From Eledone cirrhosa (taxonomy: Eukaryota): 64,000 bases of DNA. The stretch covers positions 16,926,001-16,990,000 of the forward strand of contig OZ024745.1 in NCBI GenBank assembly GCA_964016885.1, read 5' to 3'. The position numbers were made by a program, and so were the translations under genes. Positions 54,442 through 64,000 of this stretch are shown in pieces. The notes below the pieces were generated by a model, which worked only from the letters and a program-made list of their open reading frames with translations, did no database searches and was not told the origin of the DNA. How positions within the stretch are numbered: position 1 is the first letter of the stretch; each line of letters opens with the position of its first letter.

Positions 54442-56378
54442 AGATCAAATGATGGTTAAAAGAGTTCCATGTATTTTATTATGCGCATTTCAAAAACAAA
54501 TATCATCATGCGATGACATTTGCGTTTTCGTCAGATAAAATAGGAAGACATGATATGAAGGTTAAAACACACTTGTGAATAGTGCAGTTTTAAATCAACA
54601 TGTGAAAAGTAGTTTTAGATTGATGTGTGATATTAGGAAACAAGTTTGAGAGGGGGGGGGAGGTTTGGAAAGGATGAAAAAGAGGAGGAGATGAGAATAA
54701 AGAATGGAGGGGGAGGAGTATAATAATGAAGGATGAGGTAGGAGGAGAGATGGGTGATAGAGAGAGAGATAGCTTTTATAACTGAGAAAAATATATTGTT
54801 TTACAGAGAGAGGTTAAAAAGCCGTTGGAAGATAATATATAAATTAAAAGAATTTGAAAATTAACGAAGCGAAACATTTTTGAATAATGTTAAATTAAGG
54901 TTTGAATATTGAAGGGTTTAATAATATGTGCGATGGAAAGAAATTGTTGATATGTATTATTAAAAAAATATAAAAATAGTAATGTAATTAAGGATATATT
55001 GTGAAAAGAAGTAGAAGAGCGGATGAATATATGTAATATGTAGAAGTTAGATGAGCATGAAAGGGAGACAAAATAATGAATTGAGGATGAATAATCTAAC
55101 GTAAAAAAAAAGTGTTTATGTTTACGAAGGATTTTTCAAGGTGATACTATAAAGTATTTAAAAGGGTAATATTAAATTTTATGGCCAGTGATAGGATGGA
55201 AGAAGGAAGAGTGGAGATTTTGTGGTGAGTAATAATGAGAATTGAGAAGTATCTAGGAAGAAAAGGTACAGATTAGAGGTTAGAAATTAAAAGAAACAAG
55301 AAATAAAGAAAGAAAAGGAAGTGATAAATAGGAGTGATATAGAATGAGTAACTAGTATTATATAATGTATAATAAATAACATTGAAATAAGGTAGAAAGA
55401 TGGGTATATTTTTAAAGAAATATATATGTATATATATATGTGCCTTTGAGAAAAAGGATTTTAAATTGGTAAAGTATTAGATATTAGCTGTATACTTTAT
55501 GGAATGTTCTGTGGAATTTATGAAAGCAGAGGGAAAACAAGTCAGTGCGTCTATTTATTATAGAATCTAAATTAGATATAATGGTAAATTTCTCACATAA
55601 ACAGAGATTACATGTCTTGGATAGAGAAGCATTCAAGAAGCAGAACAAACCTTCCTCCAAGAGATGTTATAGTTAATATTTTTGTCTTTCAAGGACCATA
55701 TGAGTTCTGAGAGTGCCGTGTTGGTTCTTTTAAGTTGGTATTTAAAAGACGAATGATGATTATAAAGACGATCTTTAAAGGAGGTGGAACTGGAGCCAAA
55801 ATAGGTAAAGGAATTGGTGTCAGTTATAACTTTACATTCATAGATTAAGTTTTTTTCAAGACAATGGTTGTTGAGAGGACATTTATTTTTAACAGGGCAA
55901 TTACAATTGCGATTAGAGAAATTAGCAGAGTTATTAACAAGTGACCTAGAGATATCTATAGAAGGAATTGGATTGGAGAAGATATTTACGATAGGAATAA
56001 TAGTTTCTTGATTTAGATTGGGATTAAGAACATTTAACGAAGTTGCGTTTGACGTCGTATTTGGGTTTGCAGAAATTAGCCTAGAGTTAACAATGACGTC
56101 TGGAGTATTATTACTATTATTACGATATTCAGTGTTGGAAAGAAGAGATTTAGTATTTAGTATTTTATTGTTGTGTTTAGAGATAATGTTGGAGATGTTG
56201 GAGGAGGTCGAATAGGAACATTTTATAGTGTGTTTGTTAAATATTTTACTATAGATATGTGAGGGAGGGAAGCATTTATTTAAGGCACTAAAGAATAATT
56301 TAGGAATATTATTATTAATAGAGATGGAGAAAGGAGCATTATACCAGATTATGTTTTTGTATCTAGGTCTTTTATTAT
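54433..56378 (-). mobile_element. PLE family C copy (tail-less arm plus linker/GIY-YIG coding at about 55485-56375) in (TA)n
   Basis: Minus strand gives RPRYKNIIWYNAPFS...NKCFPPSHIYSKIFNKHTIKCSYS...NCNCPVKNKCPLNNHCLEKNLIYECK...TYFGSSSTSFKDRLYNHHSSF...CNLCLCEK. The 3' end matches 37153 onward. Confidence 0.88.
54474..54540 (-). ncRNA. Type I minimal hammerhead ribozyme (family C)
   Basis: Minus strand reads TTTTAT-CTGACGA-AAACGCAAATGTCATCGCATGATGATATTTGTTTTT-GAAA-TGCGCA-TA-ATAAAA. Confidence 0.8.
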
Positions 56379-56394
56379 TATTATATATATATAT

Positions 56395-57043
56395 ATACCT
56401 GTACTAGACACAGAGCTCTGGTTAGAAACCATTAATAACGAAAAACAAATCCCCCATTCCCATTATGCCAAACCCATGACTTCCAAATATCTGATCCACC
56501 GAAACTCAGCTGTTTCGAATCAACATACAGATTTCGGATTTGGTACGGGTGATGAGAAACGTGTCCCGCATGTGCAACCCTAAAGGACTAGAGAGACACA
56601 CATAACACTTCATCCACCGTATGCAGTTCTCTGGTTACAATCAGAGAGATAAAATCAGAGTGTATAGAGGAGCCAGAAATAAATGGGAAAAAATGGTAAA
56701 TAATGACACAAATGGGACCTGCCTCTTTTATAGGAGCACATTTTGGAATAGAATAGAAAGAACTAGGAATAAGGCTAATAGAATAAACTCATGGTATGAT
56801 AGCAATAAATACCAGAGTGTAATGTTCATCGATACAACCCCTAGAGGTGAATTAGCTTACAAATTTAGAAGGGCCATAGATAAAAATAAACTCAATATTA
56901 AGATAGTAGAAAGACCAGGTACCTCCATAAAAACACTTATTAGCAAGACATGCTCTTTTCAAAGACCCCACTGTATAGATAAGAAATGTATAACCTGTAA
57001 ATTAAGCCCCCATATTAACTGTAAAACTAGAAATGTGACATGA
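56395..57043 (+). pseudogene. PLE of a different clade (Neptune-like): RT end, thumb and Cys-rich linker, truncated before the GIY-YIG domain
   Basis: IPVLDTELW...SHYAKPMTSKYLIHRNSA...DLVRVMRNVS...MQFSGY...SVMFIDTTPRGELA...IKIVERPGTSIK...CIDKKCITC...NCKTRNVT. Confidence 0.7.
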
Positions 57044-57115
57044 CCCTCCCAAAGTATAACAATATCGGTTTCAACACACGTTTAAACAAATTCAGAAACG
57101 AAATATATACTTACT

Positions 57116-57191
<76 letters not shown>

Positions 57192-57341
57192 AGTAAGTAT
57201 GTTTTGAAACAGTGAGCAGGTTTGAAATTAGAAAATATATAGCTTTCACCGTATTTTTGACTAAAGGTATTTTAGCCTGATAATGGTGTTTAGAACCCCA
57301 TTATAAGGCTAGAATTCCTTTAGTCAAAAATACGGTGAAAG

Positions 57342-57386
<45 letters not shown>

Positions 57387-57717
57387 CACCGAATTCACAG
57401 ACTAGATTCCTTCTTCCTCCCGTTAGACCTGTACGGAATTCCTACCTTGCTCACATTCCAACCAGGTTTGATGGTCTTTATTCTCTCTCGTTCACGATTT
57501 CACAGAACTTATATTCATGGAAATTTGAGACTTGACTCTCTCTTCCTCATTTTTCGTTGCTTCACCATCTTTGTTTATTTGCACTCTCTTGTCCCCTTTA
57601 TTTAGGTGTCCCAACGACTTTTTTTAACCGTTGCTCGCACCAACCGGAGGTATATGGTCTTTAAAGCGATGAAATATCAATGATGGTTGGAAGATCACTG
57701 ATGAAGGACTAACTTTA

Positions 57718-57822
<105 letters not shown>

Positions 57823-57985
57823 GTATGTACACACATATATATATATATATATAAGTTGGCGGAACTACCATGGGTTTCACTGCGAGTACCGGTTGCATCT
57901 CGGCGTACTCTATAGGTAATGTTAAGTAAACTCCCAGAATAGACACATAGATATTCGCTTCAATGCAACGCACGTAAATGGGTAC

Positions 57986-58050
<65 letters not shown>

Positions 58051-58178
58051 TATCCCGGGTTCAATCGGTGATAACCACAATAAGTAATGTACTCAATACA
58101 TAGCAGAGTATACATATTTATGATTTCTCCCGAATGAACCAGTTCTTGTTCTGTAGAAGCCAGTTCTATATTATATTA
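58051..58178. mobile_element. Miniature family B element: tail on the minus strand plus hammerhead 3' half on the plus strand, in (TA)n
   Basis: 58051-58110 resembles the reverse complement of 17630-17690. 58125-58172 (GAATGAACCAG...CTGTAGAAGC) resembles 17576-17612. Confidence 0.65.
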
Positions 58179-58186
58179 TATATATG

Positions 58187-58233
<47 letters not shown>

Positions 58234-58301
58234 GTGCGTGTGTGTGTGCGTGTGTGCGTATGCATGTGTGTGTGTGTGTGTGTGTGTGTGAGTGAGAGAA
58301 C

Positions 58302-58369
<68 letters not shown>

Positions 58370-58861
58370 TTGTGCGTGGCTGAAAATAAGTGTACATGTA
58401 CATATATAAGAATTCTAAAACGACTGCTATAGAAAAAAAGAAAATATATATATATATAATTGAAAACAATCCCTTTGAAAGCAGATAGTATTGGTTTCAA
58501 AACCAGATATATTGTAATCTGAATCATTTTCGTGAAAAGAATAGGTTAACATTATGTTAATATGATTTGTCGGGAGGCTGTTCAGATTTGAAGTATTCAG
58601 CTACCTAAAGATTCGTATATATATGTTAATTTTAAAAACCATTCTTTTGTGAACTTAATTCGTTTAGTGATATTTTGCAATTTTCCAATAATAACACACA
58701 TACTGAATTCCTCCTCCAAAACTAAGGATTTCCCCCCTTGTCAAGCCCCACGTGGGTTTTGATAACGGTCAGTCTTTCGCTTGGCACTTGAAATAAAGGC
58801 CTGTTGAGAAAGTGACTTCCTTGTTCGATCATCTTACCAAAAGCTTAACATTATGCTTTCT

Positions 58862-59003
58862 AGCATAGTTACGTCCCTTTACGGTCTGAGTTCAAATCCC
58901 GCCGAGGTTAACTTTGCCTTTCCTCCTTACGGGGTCGATAAAATAAAGTACCAGTAATGTACTGGGTAATTGCTGGCCTTGTGCCAAAAGTAGAAACAAT
59001 TAT
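58862..59003 (+). mobile_element. SINE family S1 (5'-truncated)
   Basis: CTGAGTTCAAATCCCGCCGAGGTTAACTTTGCC...AGTAGAAACAATTATT. Confidence 0.8.
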
Positions 59004-59291
59004 TTGTCTAAGCAGACAGTACTTGATTTAGGAGTTGTAGAAATCCAAATGCTGGATTTTAACAACCTTCCAGGGGTCCGGGTATAATTTTCAATCATAT
59101 TTTATTTGTTTGACCCGAATTACTTGGTCGTTTCTATGGCTGTCCGGATAATGGTTTAACCATCATCTCAGTGTGTTTGGCCTTTTAACTTATGTTGTAG
59201 CTCTAGCCTACTAGCTCCTATGGAGCGCTTGCCACACATCTCGGAAGTTGTTTTTCGTTAATTTCCAATAGCCGAAATACGATTCTCGCTA

Positions 59292-59360
<69 letters not shown>

Positions 59361-59474
59361 GCATTGGTGTATCTCATTTAACGTGTATTATTATTCTCTG
59401 GATTCTCTCAGCTCCTTCTAGTTCTTAGTCCTCCTTCTTCCCCGGAACGGCTCACAATACAAAATCTACACAAG

Positions 59475-59528
<54 letters not shown>

Positions 59529-59624
59529 TAGGAACGATCGACTTTCGTCAAATCGGACCGAGGGAACAATGTTTCCGTTGGTCTTTCCAATTGCTAATAC
59601 TATCTATCGGTCGCAACTCCAGGT

Positions 59625-59745
59625 AGAAGGAGCAACGTGAAATAAAGTGTCTTGCCCAAGGACATAACGCATCGCCTGGTCCAGGAATCGAACTCACAAC
59701 CTTATGATTGCGTAGCCAATTCTCTAACCACTCAGCCACACGCAT
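59625..59745 (-). mobile_element. SINE family S2 head
   Basis: Minus strand has GTGGCTGAGTGGTTAGAG (A box) ...GAGTTCGATTCC (B box)...CCTTGGGCAAGACACTT. Confidence 0.75.
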
Positions 59746-59749
59746 TCAC

Positions 59750-59790
<41 letters not shown>

Positions 59791-60200
59791 CTACAGACAC
59801 ACACACATAACTATATGTGTGTGTGTGTGTATGTGTTAATTATCTCCCACTTACCTTATACCTACATGCATTGCTATATACATATATGTAAACACGCATA
59901 TTGGTTTCGTATACCTTTAATATAAGCATCCGAGATTCTGAATGATTGTGACCCATACTGGGATGTCATTATATCAGCTGAATGCCTCATGCAAGAATTA
60001 ATTTTCAGGGAAATACGAATGAACGAACATAATCCATGAGTGATATAGCTGTATTATCAATAGGACAAAATTGGATCCTTTTCTATTCTAACATTCGATA
60101 TTTGGCCGCTTCCTCTATGACAATATCGATATTGAAGTATCTCAAATTTATTATTCACATTTTTTTCAGCCTTTTATTTTCTCATATGTGATTGGTGAGT

Positions 60201-60263
<63 letters not shown>

Positions 60264-61602
60264 ATATATATATATATATGCACACATACATATATATTAC
60301 TTCGTATAATCATTGCGAACTCCACAGCTGAATGCATCCACTTTAATATATACTGTCATGTATATTGTCTGCTTTTGCATAAATTCCCTGCAGATACTTA
60401 CGTTTCTGAATTCTGTAACTCTATATTCCCAATATGAACTACAATGTAACATATGCTGTTTATTTGAAATGGAGAATTTATGAAAATATATCAATGATCA
60501 GTTTCTCTTATGACATACGTATCGACGACATGATGTCACATCTACTAAAACGTTTTCTTATTAGGTCCTCTGACTTCTAATATATATTTAAGCGTAATGG
60601 GTGACAAAACGTGGAAATATGATATGACCTCGGACGCTGTTTCAATTTATAATATGATATATCTCACATATATGGTCAATAATTATCGGAATTATTTGTG
60701 CTAGCTTTATATTAATCATCATACATACACTGAAGTCCTGGGAAAATGGTAACTTCAATAAAATATTCGAAAATAAGCATATGTTCCATAAAATTGCAAT
60801 ATAATTAGATAATACATATTTGATTATAGTTTCTATTAAAACAAGTAGATATCATAGATAAAGGGTATACTGTTGATATGAACCTCAGACTTACATTGAA
60901 AATATGGTTCAGTTTACGATGTGAAATAGAATCCGATTATGCTGAGAATAGCATGAACATTTATATTTATTTTCTAAACCACGTTTACATTCTAAAAATA
61001 CCGTGGATTCACATATCAGTTGACCGATCATAGATAAATTGAATATAAAATGATGTTCTTCACTGAATATCAGAATAAATGATGTTGTTCACTGAATAAA
61101 TGTAAACATTCTTGACTAAATGATATTACAGGACATTTCGACTGAAATATCTCTATTGAACATAGTTTAAATCTTATTGAATATGGTTTTCCGGTACAAA
61201 TAATTACTAATTTCCATGGAATTTAGTTTGTATCTATTATATTAACATGTCGCACCTTAAAAGAAAAGCTTAAATTCCGTAGTGGCGTTGATCAGGAAGA
61301 AATATACTCCAGAATGCAAGAATCTTCTATTTTCAAAGTGCAATGGAATTGCAATGGAATTGCCTTCTAGCGTAATAAAAAGCATTAAAATTTTGGAGTG
61401 GTGTTATATGGATTTTAGATACCCTAATACATGATTATATTTTATTTTATCAAACTCCAAAATATGATTGTCATATGTTTCCCCAACAGGATGTGAATTC
61501 TGAACGTACAGGGTTCGTATTTAAACGCAGTATGCATTTTATTTCAGCCACCAACCACAATTCAAAGTCTTATTAAATGATATTTTTATCAAGTATTGGA
61601 CG

Positions 61603-61823
61603 CTCGTGAATTGGAAGAATCGGTAGACTGTCGGACACGATGCTTTGCAGCATAAATTTACGGCCCTTTCCGTTCTGATTTCAAATCCTGCCGAGGTTAA
61701 CTTTGCCTTCCATCCTCACGGAGTCGATAAAATAAATCACCAGTAATTCACTGGGGTCGACTTAATCAACTTTCCTCTCCCCCAAATTTGTTGGCATTAT
61801 GCCTAATGTCAGAAACCATTATT
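61603..61823 (+). mobile_element. SINE family S1
   Basis: Head, core and tail all align to the other S1 copies. Confidence 0.75.
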
Positions 61824-62731
61824 GTTAAATATTGGATTATTTGGTTTAACTAATACATATTTACCGAGGTAAGAGTAATAGTTACATTAAATAATCTTTC
61901 TTGCTTATATATGTTTAGTAATATAACCAGATTATTCACAATGATCCTATTGATATATAGGATAGGCATAGCGTTTAAAATTCAAGGAGAGGTTATCAAT
62001 CTAGTAAATATACAGTAGTACATATCTACTACTTTAGTGACCTTCCCAGCGATGGAAGGCAAAGCCAACTTCGGCGAGAAGTCAAAGACTGAACTAAATA
62101 GCATAAGAATATTTCATAAGCAGATAATCTGCACCTGACAATCGAGGAACCACAGTTCATACTAAGCTCAATGAAACCTAACCAAACGATATTTTGATTC
62201 GTGTTAAATCGCATCAAATGTATGCCAGAAAGGAATTCTATGTTGAATAATTGAATGTAGTCTGTCATATTCTCTAAAGAAGTTGGTTTGGGCTAAAAAG
62301 AGCTGATAAGAACTCAATATATACATTTGTAAACACATACACACACACACACACATACATACGCGCACACACAAGCTTGATTTCATAAATATTCCCACGT
62401 TTTTCTCTATCCCCCTCACTCTTATTGACCGTGAAAATCTCATGAAAATAGCAAGGCATTAGATTTTAAGGAAAGGGGCAACATATTTAGCTCTACTTCT
62501 GGAAAAATATTTCGTGTGAAATTATATATTAAAGCCTATCTCAATAATTACCTTTAAAAAATGATATATTAGAATTCAGAGAAACATTTAATATTACTAA
62601 CAAACCGAATATTCCAATGGTAGTTTATATACGGGAATATATCAATAATATATAGATGGAAATATACTTGGGATATACGATAAAAGATATCGCAATTAGT
62701 TTTCATAGCATAAAAATAACACAATAATACA

Positions 62732-62785
<54 letters not shown>

Positions 62786-62859
62786 CTACAATATCTATAC
62801 ATATAGATACTCACACACACACGTGCACACACACACAGACACACATACACGCACACACG

Positions 62860-62915
<56 letters not shown>

Positions 62916-63589
62916 ATAATACATTCCCTGGAGTAATACGGTTTCTCAGAATGTTTTTTTACTAAGAATGGTATTGGAAATTTCTGAGATAATAGGAAAT
63001 ATATTTTTAGAAAAAATAAGAGAAGCAAATAATTTCTTAGCTATTGACTATTTCTCAGTTTATGTTATATGTACACAATACAAATATCAGCAGTTGTCAA
63101 CTAGTGCTGCTCTCTCTCTGAATAAGGAGGATGCAACGACACAGAATTAATTCCTGCAGTGGATTCTGTTTATTATACTAAATAGTTTCCCAATGTGCTA
63201 CACTGATATACTACCAGCGCAGCTAGTAAATAGTGTTAAATATTTCCTTCTGAAATACATAACCGACAACTTGTCATATATCTACATTTAGAGTGTATAG
63301 TTAACTGTGTGTGTAAGCATACCAGCAACATATACCACAGCTAACCGAGTGATATATGGTTGGACAATGTATGAGAACGCCCTCTGGGGTGAAGAAACTC
63401 GGGTGAAATCCGTCCCTAGGTCGTTAAGGAAAACATGGAAAAAGATTTACTACAGATGATAACAAAGGAAGGCTATTCCAGCTTGCAGGACTCACTACAA
63501 TTCTGTGTACGATGGTATTGGATATAGTCAGGCTCGGAAACGAAGAACGCAAGAAGTCTCCATCGTTATAGTTTCAACGATAAATATAT

Positions 63590-63940
63590 GGAACGTGGCC
63601 GATACGTTAACAGCTCACGAACTTCATCTTAACGAACGACGAAACCTGGATCAGTCACCGAAAGCGTTCGCATAAGTTCATTTGAAGGCAATCTCGAATT
63701 GAAAAAGGGTAACTAACTGAATTTGTCACAATCAATGCATATGCAGGTTCTGATATTTCTTAGAGACAGCTTTGTATAAAGCAATATTTTGGTTGGATTG
63801 CTACTTCGTACGAGGAAATGCGAAAATGACTTTTAGGGAAAAACTTCAAAGAAATAATAAGAAAATTCCGAATGTTAATGTTGTTAAACATCTGCATAAT
63901 TTCCTGGAACTCTTTTGAATTCACATCCTGGTGGTTCATG
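63590..63940 (+). mobile_element. Highly decayed mariner transposase fragment
   Basis: ILTNDETWISH (IVTGDETW-like) at about 63625-63658; the rest is only weakly recognisable. Confidence 0.35.
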
Positions 63941-64000
63941 GAGAAATGAAACGTTTTTTTATAACCTCCGTTGATAGTTTATGTATTAGGTCATACAGAC

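Noticed and set aside
59690-59745. tRNA gene
   Set aside because: A and B boxes are present but continue into a repeated SINE body; no full cloverleaf.

Overview
AT-rich, microsatellite-saturated animal DNA, most likely a coleoid cephalopod such as an octopus (inferred from the SINEs and the (TA)n/(CA)n/(GA)n density). No host gene can be supported, and most listed ORFs are microsatellite artefacts. The window is dominated by Penelope-like retroelements (PLEs) of the Naiad type: RT fragments and C-terminal GIY-YIG endonuclease domains from at least five families (labelled A-E here), plus one PLE from a different clade. Most copies share one architecture: they sit in (TA)n tracts as fold-back (inverted-repeat) insertions, each arm ends in a minimal type I hammerhead ribozyme, and only one arm carries a 70-95 bp terminal 'tail' that starts with TAC and contains a small hairpin. 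About 12 hammerheads can be read by eye. One copy has a ~830 bp array of mixed 13/15-bp units grown from its own RT coding sequence, resembling telomerase-style reiterative copying. Also present: a non-autonomous Helitron with a minisatellite, a decayed DD37D Tc1/mariner element, mariner-type MITEs, fragments of R4/Dong-, CRE-, RTE- and CR1-like LINEs, and two tRNA-derived SINE families. All calls come from manual reading and translation; no searches or folding computations were run.
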